Source of the DNA: an uncultured virus (IMG/VR IMGVR_UViG_3300029305_007860)
Lineage: Duplodnaviria; Heunggongvirae; Uroviricota; Caudoviricetes
Direction: 5' to 3' (one strand)
DNA: 64,000 bases
IMG/VR virus record: IMGVR_UViG_3300029305_007860
The translations under genes were made by a program, and so were the position numbers. This document shows, piece by piece, positions 29,114-37,891 of this stretch; position 1 is the stretch's first letter, and every line of letters starts with the position of its first letter. Under the pieces are notes generated by a model. That model was not told the origin of the DNA. It did no database searches and was given only the letters and a program-made list of their open reading frames with translations.

Positions 29114-31861
29114 ATGAAAAAAACCGCGTTACTGATTGCCGAAAAACCTTCGGTAATGAATTCTATTAAGAGTGCATACTTAAAAATCAAGGATACCTAT
29201 GAGTATGATATTGATTTTGCTTCTTGTGCTGGACATTTAATTGGGCTTTGCGAACCAAATGAATACACTAAGGAATGGGGAGAGCCATGGTCTAAGGATG
29301 TACTTCCTATTGTTCCTCAAATATGGAAGAAAAAAATTATTAATGCTAAGTTTTTTAATGATTTAAAAAAAATATGGTCCGAAAAGAGATACGACGTAGT
29401 TATTAATGCCGGAGATGCAGGACGAGAAGGACAACTTATTCAGCATCTAGTTTATGAAGCTTTGGGAGTAAATGTTCCCATTTTAAGATATTGGGCGGAT
29501 GATACTACCGAAAAAACAATAATAAAAACTCTTAATCATCTTGTATCTGATGAACAATATAGTGGATTAACTAAAGCTTCTTATTTAAGGCTGTATTTCG
29601 ATTGGTTGATTGGTATAAATTTTTCAAGAGCAGGAACGCTAGCCCTTGAAAGACGCTCAAATATGGGACGTGTTTTAATTCCTACTCTTGCATTAGCATA
29701 TAATAGAGAGCTTGAGATTAAGAATTTTATACCTACGGATTATTTTGAATTATCAGCAACATTTTTAACATCTGAAGGAATACATTATACAGGATACTTA
29801 TTGAATCCAGCATCGAATGATAAATCACCTTCTAAATATGCTTATTTTAATAAGTTTGATTTATCCAATATAAAGAATTCCCTTATATCCTGTACAAAAG
29901 GTGTTATTACAGATGCTATTAAAGAAGATAAAATAAACCGAGCTCCCCACTTATTTAATCTTTCTGATTTACAGAAAGAATGTTCTAATAAATTTGGTTA
30001 TACACCTGCAAAAACTCTTGAGATAGCTCAGAAGTTATATGAAAACCATTATTTATCTTATCCTAGAACCGAAAGTAAGTGTATTACTTCAGAACAAGCA
30101 AAAGAAATGCCCGGATTAATAGTAAGTATGGGGAAATTGGATATATTTAAACCATTTGTAGATAATATCGTAATACAAAAGGAATATGTCACCAAAGCCC
30201 TATCTTCTAAAAAATACGTGGACAATAAAAAAGTATCAGACCATCCGGCTCTCACTCCGACTTCTGTTCTCCCTGACGTAAATGCTTTATCAGAAGCCGA
30301 AAAAAATGTATACGTGTTGGTTGTATGTAGATTTTTAGCTATATTCATGCCTGAAAATATTATAACTCAGACTATGATTATAACTACTGTTACATTAAAT
30401 GGTGCTAATTATGATTTTAGAAGTATAGGATATGTAGAAAAACAGATTGGTTGGAAGAATATTTTATCTCTTATATCCACTTCTCCTACTAAGATTTCGG
30501 AAATCATAAAACAGGAACTTCCAAAACTCGAATGTGGAGAAAAAGTCACACAAACATCTTTAAATATAGAAGATAAGACTACAGTTCCTCCTAAACGTTA
30601 TGACAACGCTTCTATTTTAACTGCTATGGAAACATGCGGTAAACAACTTAATGATGAGGAACTTGAAAAAGTATTAATGGAGTGTGCCGGTCTCGGAACT
30701 CCTGCTACCAGAGGAGAAATTTTAGAAAAATTATTCGAATACGAATATCTTGAGCGAAAAGGAAAGACTATTTATCCAACTGTACAAGGAATACAACTTA
30801 TTCAGGCTCTTGAAGGAAAAAGTATTATATCCCCAGAATTAACAGCTATTTGGGAGAAAAAACTTAAAGAAGTAGAAATAGGAAAAACTTCTTACGAAAG
30901 TTTTTACAATGCTATGATTAAATACATACAATCAGAAACTAATTCCTTATTACAATTACAACCTATAGGTCCTTATTACAAAACTATAGGAAAATGTCCT
31001 AAATGTGGACGTGATTTTATTTCAACGTCTAAATTTTATTCATGTTTAGGATATTTTGAAAAAAAGGACAATATACGAAGTTGTGATTTTGGACTTCCTA
31101 AAAAATATGGCGGACGTCCTCTTACTGAGACGGATGTTAAAGCTTTAATCAATGGTGATATTACAAAACCCAAAGAATATACTTGGTCAAACGGCAATAA
31201 AAACACTACTTCTCTCATGTTAATTGATTATAAAATAAAATTTCCAGACCCTTCTCTTTTAAAAGAGATTGTTGGAAAATGTCCTTTATGTGGCGGAAAT
31301 GTTATCAAAGGGAAAAATGGTTATTATTGTGAGGAATGGAACCACAAAGATTTAGATGGAAATCCAAGTTGTAGTTTTTCGGTATACGGTAAACTTGGAG
31401 AATCAACTATCTCATCAAAAAAAATGATGGAAATCTTAAGCGATGGACAAACAAAAAAAGAAGTATCAATTAAATGGGCTTCTGGCAAATCATATTCAGG
31501 AATTCTTTATCTTGAAAAACTTAACGGCAAATACAGATTTGCAATTAAACCATTTGAGAGAAAATGCCTAGGAGAATGTCCATATTGCCATATTGGTAAG
31601 ATATGGGAAGAAAAATTTACTTATGAATGTGACCATCTTCCGTCAAAAGGAGGTTCATGTCTTATTTCGATTCCTAAATCTTTCTACGGTATTACTATTT
31701 CTCAAAAGGAAGCTTTAAAGTTAGCTAATAGAGAAGATTTAATAGGGAAAACTTTTAAAAATAAAGAAAATGAATCTTATAAAGCGAATGTAACAGCTGT
31801 AATTGATGAATCTAGAGGTTTTAACATAAAGAAAATTTCATCCACAAAACGTAAAAAATAA
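29114..31861 (+). CDS. topB: Type IA DNA topoisomerase III
   Basis: IAEKPS, DAGREG, SYPRT, GLGTPATR, C-terminal Cys-rich zinc-ribbon repeats. Confidence 0.93.
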   Translation: MKKTALLIAEKPSVMNSIKSAYLKIKDTYEYDIDFASCAGHLIGLCEPNEYTKEWGEPWSKDVLPIVPQIWKKKIINAKFFNDLKKIWSEKRYDVVINAGDAGREGQLIQHLVYEALGVNVPILRYWADDTTEKTIIKTLNHLVSDEQYSGLTKASYLRLYFDWLIGINFSRAGTLALERRSNMGRVLIPTLALAYNRELEIKNFIPTDYFELSATFLTSEGIHYTGYLLNPASNDKSPSKYAYFNKFDLSNIKNSLISCTKGVITDAIKEDKINRAPHLFNLSDLQKECSNKFGYTPAKTLEIAQKLYENHYLSYPRTESKCITSEQAKEMPGLIVSMGKLDIFKPFVDNIVIQKEYVTKALSSKKYVDNKKVSDHPALTPTSVLPDVNALSEAEKNVYVLVVCRFLAIFMPENIITQTMIITTVTLNGANYDFRSIGYVEKQIGWKNILSLISTSPTKISEIIKQELPKLECGEKVTQTSLNIEDKTTVPPKRYDNASILTAMETCGKQLNDEELEKVLMECAGLGTPATRGEILEKLFEYEYLERKGKTIYPTVQGIQLIQALEGKSIISPELTAIWEKKLKEVEIGKTSYESFYNAMIKYIQSETNSLLQLQPIGPYYKTIGKCPKCGRDFISTSKFYSCLGYFEKKDNIRSCDFGLPKKYGGRPLTETDVKALINGDITKPKEYTWSNGNKNTTSLMLIDYKIKFPDPSLLKEIVGKCPLCGGNVIKGKNGYYCEEWNHKDLDGNPSCSFSVYGKLGESTISSKKMMEILSDGQTKKEVSIKWASGKSYSGILYLEKLNGKYRFAIKPFERKCLGECPYCHIGKIWEEKFTYECDHLPSKGGSCLISIPKSFYGITISQKEALKLANREDLIGKTFKNKENESYKANVTAVIDESRGFNIKKISSTKRKK

Positions 31862-31934
31862 TAATATATTTGATTAATTTATTATTTTGTTAAAAAATAA
31901 AGTCTGCCACTTATAATATGGCAGACTTATTTTT

Positions 31935-32963
31935 TTAGTACATTCTTGTTACTTTATGGCAATAACCATTTACAGAAAATCTTGAAATATCAAGGGTTTC
32001 AATATCTTTACAAGCATGTGCACTTTCAAAAGTTAATAGCTCAAGGTTTATAAGGTGTTTAAGATAAAAAGCTTCCGGAGTAGCAGGTTCAACCTGTTCA
32101 TTTAAAACACTTATACAATGTTTTAGATTAGAAATTTTATGCATCTCATTTTCACTATAGTTCTCATTGTCATAATGACGTTCTATTATAGTAAAAGTAT
32201 TAGTTACATTTCTTACTCCTAATAATCCTCCAAACAGTAATTCATAAGCCTTTGTATTACTACGAATAAATCCGGTATTAGGGTCCACATCATAGATATA
32301 AAACGATGACAAACTGTATAATAAAATAGCAGTTACTATTACATCCTTATTAAGAAGAGATACATATTTTACATTGTTTGTATTATCTACTGTTCTCACT
32401 TTCGGCTCTCCGAATCCTGTAGCACTAAAAGCTATACAGTTATAAATATGATGTAACCAACCTCCTTTTTCCTTATGTACTTCCAACGAATAAGGGCAAT
32501 ATCTAATCTTTTCTTTGACATTTTCATTTTCAAAAAACTCCTGACATATTGCCTTCATTATTCCATCCTGAATCTTATCTACCTCTTTATGTATAAGAGC
32601 AATCATATTATCTACTGGGTATGGAACTGTTTCTATATAGTTATCTATAGCTCCTTCTCTTTCTACAACCTTTATTCCTCCCTTTACAATAATCTGAGGT
32701 TCGTTATTATAATATTCAAGATTACCGCTTATTTGAACTACCACAGCAGTATCTCTTGGAATTCTATAACTATCGTAGAATGTTTGTTCTTCTATATCCC
32801 AATTTTTTACCAATGCTCTTACTGAACCGTCAATAAGATATCCTTCTACATAAGGTTTTCCGTTTTTGGCAACTGAAGAATTAAGGTCTGTTAAGACTCC
32901 TTCTACTATTACTGCTTTTTTCTCATCCTTGTTACCTAATACACTATTTAATCTTACTACCAT
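31935..32963 (-). CDS. YhaM/CBF1-like OB-fold + HD-fold protein with degenerate HD motif
   Basis: AKNGKPYV..L.DGS OB fold, H...GGWLHH, PATPEA; LLYSLS where LLHDIG is expected. Confidence 0.7.
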   Translation of the reverse strand: MVVRLNSVLGNKDEKKAVIVEGVLTDLNSSVAKNGKPYVEGYLIDGSVRALVKNWDIEEQTFYDSYRIPRDTAVVVQISGNLEYYNNEPQIIVKGGIKVVEREGAIDNYIETVPYPVDNMIALIHKEVDKIQDGIMKAICQEFFENENVKEKIRYCPYSLEVHKEKGGWLHHIYNCIAFSATGFGEPKVRTVDNTNNVKYVSLLNKDVIVTAILLYSLSSFYIYDVDPNTGFIRSNTKAYELLFGGLLGVRNVTNTFTIIERHYDNENYSENEMHKISNLKHCISVLNEQVEPATPEAFYLKHLINLELLTFESAHACKDIETLDISRFSVNGYCHKVTRMY

Positions 32964-32971
32964 AACTATAC

Positions 32972-33046
32972 ACTCCTTTTTTATTATTTAGAGGCTACCT
33001 TACCTCTTATGGTTATTGAATAAATAAGTTACATAATAGTATAACG
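32972..33046 (-). promoter_or_regulatory. Conserved leader copy 4
   Basis: Minus strand CGTTATACTATTATGTA (33046-33030); stem AGAGG/CCTCT, loop TAAGGTAG (33007-32990). Confidence 0.8.
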
Positions 33047-33097
33047 ATTTTTTTCTTAGCACTTTATTACTAGAGTTCTCTTTTAATCTTATAAGCA

Positions 33098-33142
33098 ATT
33101 AAGGGTGCGAAAACTCACGACTTTAGTCGTGGGGAGTTTCAA
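33098..33142 (+). mobile_element. IS200/IS605-end-like solo hairpin (PATE-like remnant)
   Basis: ATTAAGGGTGCGAAAACTCACGACTTTAGTCGTGGGGAGTTTCAA. Confidence 0.6.
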
Positions 33143-33224
33143 TCGTGTGATGTATAATGATATAAGAAAATGGAATAGAATAAAATAATAACCAGAGATA
33201 ACTACATCTCTGGTTATTACTTCT

Positions 33225-33437
33225 TTAATCCCAATCAATTTTATCTTCTGAAACATAATCGCCATTTTCCATTTCGTCAATGATTTGTTTTAGCTCTTTT
33301 GCTTCGGATGAGGTTAGCTTTGTAAAGTCTGGGTCCCAAGCTCTAAGGAGTTTTTTAGCCATACTATACATCATCTCTTGGTCTTCTTCTGGTAAAACAT
33401 TCATTATTTTGATAGTTTCAGCCACTGCTGTACTCAT
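33225..33437 (-). CDS. Putative type II antitoxin
   Basis: 70-aa acidic protein (MSTAVAE...WDPDFTKLT..E) directly after relE, AAGGAGG RBS. Confidence 0.75.
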   Translation of the reverse strand: MSTAVAETIKIMNVLPEEDQEMMYSMAKKLLRAWDPDFTKLTSSEAKELKQIIDEMENGDYVSEDKIDWD

Positions 33438-33453
33438 AGTAAAAACGCCTCCT

Positions 33454-33717
33454 TTACTTATATACATCTCCTCTAGGTCCAATCTTATAGATAAACAGTA
33501 TCTTAATTCCTTCTTCCATATCATAACGGAATATTATCCTATACTGTCCAACTTTAAGTCGCATATATCCGGCAAACTCTACACCTTGCATATCTTTTAT
33601 ATCTCCTTCTGGTGGAGTTAATTTTAGACCTTCTATAGCTTTTTTTATGCGGTCTTTGGTTGGCTTATCCATTCGAATGATTGATTTTTGGGCTTTTTTG
33701 GAATATCTAACTTCCAT
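33454..33717 (-). CDS. RelE/ParE-family toxin (toxin-first order)
   Basis: VRYSKKAQK, GDIKDMQG, RLKVGQYRIIF, IGPRGDVYK. Confidence 0.9.
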   Translation of the reverse strand: MEVRYSKKAQKSIIRMDKPTKDRIKKAIEGLKLTPPEGDIKDMQGVEFAGYMRLKVGQYRIIFRYDMEEGIKILFIYKIGPRGDVYK

Positions 33718-34023
33718 TCTTCTTCCTCCTTGTATCTTGGCTTATTGACTTTAGATTAAATCATAAGATAAGACATACAGAGGAAACTCTTCTACTACTA
33801 CCTTTGATAAAAACTAAAAGGCAATAGCCTATATTCTTCCTTTTATTACTTTCTACATTTACTAATCTCATGTAGATTACTGAATTTATTACACTTATAG
33901 TATATATTATATATATTTAATTTTCAAGAATTCCATAACATTTTGTATCTATTACACAATAAAAAACAAGAGTCAGTCATGCCCGAATCTTGTTTTTTAT
34001 TTTATCATTATTTGCTTAATAAA

Positions 34024-34275
34024 TTACTTGGTACTCGCTTTCAAAATAAAAGCATTGTAAAGATGTTTGCCCTTATTAGTTACAGATTTTACATCTGTAA
34101 GTTCTTGTAATGCTGTAGACATAGGACCACCATATTCTCCTCTAACCCAAAGTCCTGATTCCTCAGCCTTTTTCCAAAAAAGACCTACTTCTATACCTGT
34201 AATTTCTTTAGGTAGCTTTGAAAATAATGCTTTAATAAAGTTTTTACACCATTCTACTTTTATTTTTTTTTTCAT
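34024..34275 (-). CDS. Hypothetical protein
   Basis: 83-aa ORF, AAGGAGG RBS, preceded by a degenerate leader box at 34336-34320. Confidence 0.75.
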   Translation of the reverse strand: MKKKIKVEWCKNFIKALFSKLPKEITGIEVGLFWKKAEESGLWVRGEYGGPMSTALQELTDVKSVTNKGKHLYNAFILKASTK

Positions 34276-34502
34276 ACTTGTCCTCCTTTTTTACCTTATA
34301 TAATAAATGAATAAATATATACAAAATAGTAAAACGAAAACTTTATTTATCTCTATAATTTTCGTTTTATAATAAATAAATTCATAATTATATTAAATTT
34401 TTTTTGGCGATACCATTAATGGCAATAACTCTAGTTTTTTCTATTTTTATTGATTTTATAACTCGTAATTCGTATAATAAATATAATATAGGAGGTGTGC
34501 TC

Positions 34503-34946
34503 ATGAAATATATAAGAGTCTCTACAGATTTAGAAGTTTCAATACATGATTTTCCTACAGGGAATTATTTTGAACAAAATATGAAATTAAAAGAACAAAT
34601 TGGAGACTTGTGTGATTTATACGAGGTTGTTAGACCAAAAAGATTGTATAAAGAACTTGGTCATAAATGTAATATTACGGAAAATACCGGAGAATCCGTG
34701 TGTATGCTGATTGATGAGGAAGGGTTAATAAAGAAAGGAATGAGTCCAAATCTTGTAGCCAGTTTTTTGTATGAGGCAGACAAACATGGTACTCCTATTA
34801 TGGGAAACGTCCTTTTTGTAGGATTAAAAAATTCGGAAGATGGAATGGATTTGTGTGGAATTCAGGATGATGTTTGTGGAAAATTAAAAAATCAGCTTCT
34901 AAATATTATTAATTCTATAAATAACATCAAAAAAAGGAAGGAATAA
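34503..34946 (+). CDS. DUF3846-like protein
   Basis: MLIDEEGL, N..AS..Y, PIMGNVLFV; AGGAGG RBS before MKYIRV. Confidence 0.7.
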   Translation: MKYIRVSTDLEVSIHDFPTGNYFEQNMKLKEQIGDLCDLYEVVRPKRLYKELGHKCNITENTGESVCMLIDEEGLIKKGMSPNLVASFLYEADKHGTPIMGNVLFVGLKNSEDGMDLCGIQDDVCGKLKNQLLNIINSINNIKKRKE

Positions 34947-34948
34947 TT

Positions 34949-35866
34949 ATGAAAGGATTAAGGGTTGTAAATTACTATAAGAAAATATTAAATAACTATT
35001 CTTTATCTATGGCTATGGAAGATTCTTTATGTTTTGAATCAAATTCTAATGAAGCAAAAGGATTAACAAAATTAGCCGAAACATCAAATAAGCGTATGTT
35101 ATCTACTACATGCTTAAATTATGTTGAATTATTATCTTATAATAAACATGAATATTACGATTATTTGCTTTTTGTTAAAATGTTGGCAGACGTACTCAAC
35201 AATATTAACAACATAAAAAAATATTTAAGTACACATAAAAATGTATTAAAATATCATAGACCTCTGATAATACCGGGAATTCTTAATATGGACTTTTTGA
35301 GAGAAGGTAATTTTGTCAGAATAGGCAAAATATATTATAATTTAGAAATAATATTTTATGTTATGACAAATAAAACTCACGATTATCAATCGTTATATAA
35401 TTATATTGTTACATATACAGAAAAAATGGACTTAGATTCAGAATCAATGGAATATTATCGTAAAAGTATATATTCTCGTTACACCGATTCTATCCATAAA
35501 GATATACCAGCTTATAAATCGTTATCAATATCAAAAACATACGAAGAAATAATTTCATTACTATGTATGAATACACATTATAACGAAATTATAGTTCATT
35601 TATGTATGCGTTGGTCTAGGGAACAATCATATCTAAACAGATTTAAATGGTTTTTTCCAATGACCTTAAATTATAAAGATTTGTTCTGGATACAAAAAAA
35701 ATTAGACTTTTATAAAACAAAAACATTAAAAAATGATATTTATTGCAGATTTCCTGATTTAAAATTAGAACGAAAAATAGATGATTTTTTGAGGATTAAA
35801 TATGAAGATTTCCCTTCTATATCCCCAGAAATGTTGAATGTAAACAAAAATTACATGCATTTATAA
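34949..35866 (+). CDS. Hypothetical protein
   Basis: 305-aa ORF co-oriented with the previous gene, terminator at ~35867-35897. Confidence 0.7.
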   Translation: MKGLRVVNYYKKILNNYSLSMAMEDSLCFESNSNEAKGLTKLAETSNKRMLSTTCLNYVELLSYNKHEYYDYLLFVKMLADVLNNINNIKKYLSTHKNVLKYHRPLIIPGILNMDFLREGNFVRIGKIYYNLEIIFYVMTNKTHDYQSLYNYIVTYTEKMDLDSESMEYYRKSIYSRYTDSIHKDIPAYKSLSISKTYEEIISLLCMNTHYNEIIVHLCMRWSREQSYLNRFKWFFPMTLNYKDLFWIQKKLDFYKTKTLKNDIYCRFPDLKLERKIDDFLRIKYEDFPSISPEMLNVNKNYMHL

Positions 35867-35904
35867 AAAAAGAACCTAGATTTAACTAGGTTCTTTTAGT
35901 TATT

Positions 35905-35988
35905 CTATTTTTTATCATCCTGCTCGATTGCTTTAACCTCTTTATCTCTTTTAATTAAATCGAAGATTGTTTTAACATTTAATCCCAT
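35905..35988 (-). CDS. 27-aa microprotein
   Basis: MGLNVKTIFDLIKRDKEVKAIEQDDKK, AAGAGGT RBS, ends just before the terminator. Confidence 0.5.
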   Translation of the reverse strand: MGLNVKTIFDLIKRDKEVKAIEQDDKK

Positions 35989-36052
35989 TTGATTATACCT
36001 CTTTCAAATAAATATTTACTAATACTAGTAATACCACTAATCATTATATTTG

Positions 36053-36976
36053 TCAACTTTTTTTATTATATGACAATTCAGACCCTTTTGACACAGTTGT
36101 TCTTTGTAATTCTATTCCTTCTGTTCTTTGTTGTTTGGCTCTATTCTTCCATATATTGAACAATTCAATACTATTTGTATATAATTTTTCCTCTCCACTC
36201 ATATTATTTTGTGAAATGTCATAATATAAAATTTGCATTAATGATAAATAAGTTTTATGTAATGACTGATAAACAACGGTTTCATCTGCTGTTTTATGAG
36301 TAAAATTCATAGCAAAGTATTCTGTATTATTTAATAACATATTTAATATATTTGAATATTCTCTAAATAAATCTATATCATCTATTACTACACTTTTCTT
36401 TACTATTCCATCCTTACATAAAATATTTGAAAAATGTTTCGCTTCCTTGGCAAATCCCATTGTAATACTTGTTTTTGTTAACGCTTCTCTAAAATCATTC
36501 GAATTTACTATTTTTTCAATCTGAGCTTGCTGTTTCTTTGTTAATACAGAATCTAATTCGTGCTTGTCAAATTCCGTCATTTCTTCTATTTTAATATTCT
36601 CAAGAATTGCTTTTATACCGGTATCCCTATATACTGCTTCAATAATGAATATATTATCTAAAATATTATCTTTATAATAATTAGCCAGATTTATTGCATT
36701 TTGAATTCTGTCTTTTTCTATTTCCATGAATTCTTTTTCTTTTATCTCCAACTCTCTTTTTCTGGTATTAACCTGTTCTTCAGATGTTATTTTATATTGC
36801 ATAACTGCTATTATTATACTACATATAACAAATAGAATAGAAAACATTTCAGAACAATAATATACTTTTTCAATATCCTTTGTTACTATTCCTGATATGA
36901 TTATACATATGATGTATAGTATTATAGTTATTCCTATAAATATTCGTAGTTTTATAATTTCCTCTTTTTTCACCAT
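36053..36976 (-). CDS. DUF4760-like membrane protein, paralog A
   Basis: Two N-terminal TMs; LNNTEYFAM..ADETVVYQSLH, IELFNIW shared with 43564-44376. Confidence 0.7.
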   Translation of the reverse strand: MVKKEEIIKLRIFIGITIILYIICIIISGIVTKDIEKVYYCSEMFSILFVICSIIIAVMQYKITSEEQVNTRKRELEIKEKEFMEIEKDRIQNAINLANYYKDNILDNIFIIEAVYRDTGIKAILENIKIEEMTEFDKHELDSVLTKKQQAQIEKIVNSNDFREALTKTSITMGFAKEAKHFSNILCKDGIVKKSVVIDDIDLFREYSNILNMLLNNTEYFAMNFTHKTADETVVYQSLHKTYLSLMQILYYDISQNNMSGEEKLYTNSIELFNIWKNRAKQQRTEGIELQRTTVSKGSELSYNKKS

Positions 36977-37466
36977 ATCCTCCCCGTTTTTACTAATTTT
37001 TTTACATTATATGTCATATTTTTTACTTTTTCAATATATTGTATCATTTTTAATTAATCAATTATATTGATTTTATTTTTTTTATATTATATCATTTAAA
37101 TTGTGAGTAAAAATATTAAAATTGTAATATAAAAAAAGGCACTTTCGAGTGCTATTTTTATTTATTTCTTCATAAAAAAAATCTTGAAAAAAACAAGTCT
37201 TGAAATCATGCTGATTATATGATATTATGAGTTAACTTTTGAAACAGTGTATAGTGTTTCCTATATGAATTGTAATTATTTTAGAATATGTATTTGATTT
37301 TTCTTAAAATTTACTTCCCTTGTATTTACAGAAATTGTTTGATATAATAACGAAAAAGGTGTTATTCGGAAAATATGGTAAGTGGTTAGTCCTTTCAACC
37401 TGTATACATATACAGAGCTTCCCAAAGGGGGTATTTATATGAATATTACCAGTGAAAGGATAATTG

Positions 37467-37583
37467 ATGATTCTTGATGTTTTAGGAATTGTTATAACGT
37501 GTATAAGTATTATTGTTACCGTTATATCTATATTCCAAAGTCATAAAAACAAGCAAGAAAATAGCAACCACTCGCCTCGCTAA
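37467..37583 (+). CDS. Putative type I toxin peptide (38 aa), copy A
   Basis: MILDVLGIVITCISIIVTVISIFQSHKNKQENSNHSPR; promoter TTGTAT-17-TATAAT at 37320-48. Confidence 0.75.
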   Translation: MILDVLGIVITCISIIVTVISIFQSHKNKQENSNHSPR

Positions 37584-37655
37584 AGTTGAAAGGTTGCTAT
37601 TTCTCTAAGTTACCCATAGGCAAAAGGCTAACCAGTATTCCGGCGACACCTTTTT
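37555..37655 (-). ncRNA. Putative antisense antitoxin RNA, copy A
   Basis: Minus-strand TTGACA-17-TATATT (37687-37659); ATAGCAACC/GGTTGCTAT hairpin as terminator. Confidence 0.65.
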
Positions 37656-37800
37656 TCTAATATACTATGAAATTGACATATTGTCAATAAATCACTTGCA
37701 ATTTTTCGTTACTAAGAATATAATATCACCTTAGGAGATATATTAAAAAAAAAGGAGAGTATGCATTGTCGCATACTCCTTTTTTATTGATTTTATGCTG

Positions 37801-37844
37801 ATTAAGGGCATAAAAACCACGTCTTTAGTCGTGGGAAGTGTCAA
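37801..37844 (+). mobile_element. IS200/IS605-end-like solo hairpin (PATE-like remnant)
   Basis: ATTAAGGGCATAAAAACCACGTCTTTAGTCGTGGGAAGTGTCAA. Confidence 0.6.
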
Positions 37845-37891
37845 AAAAAGAGTATGCGTTTTCAGCATACTCTTCATGTTTTTTAGGTATA

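Noticed and set aside
32972..33007. Leader hairpin as a preQ1-I riboswitch or CsrA site
   Set aside because: Stem plus A-rich tail looks similar, but the loop lacks the preQ1 consensus, downstream genes are unrelated to queuosine, and GGA is in only one of six loops
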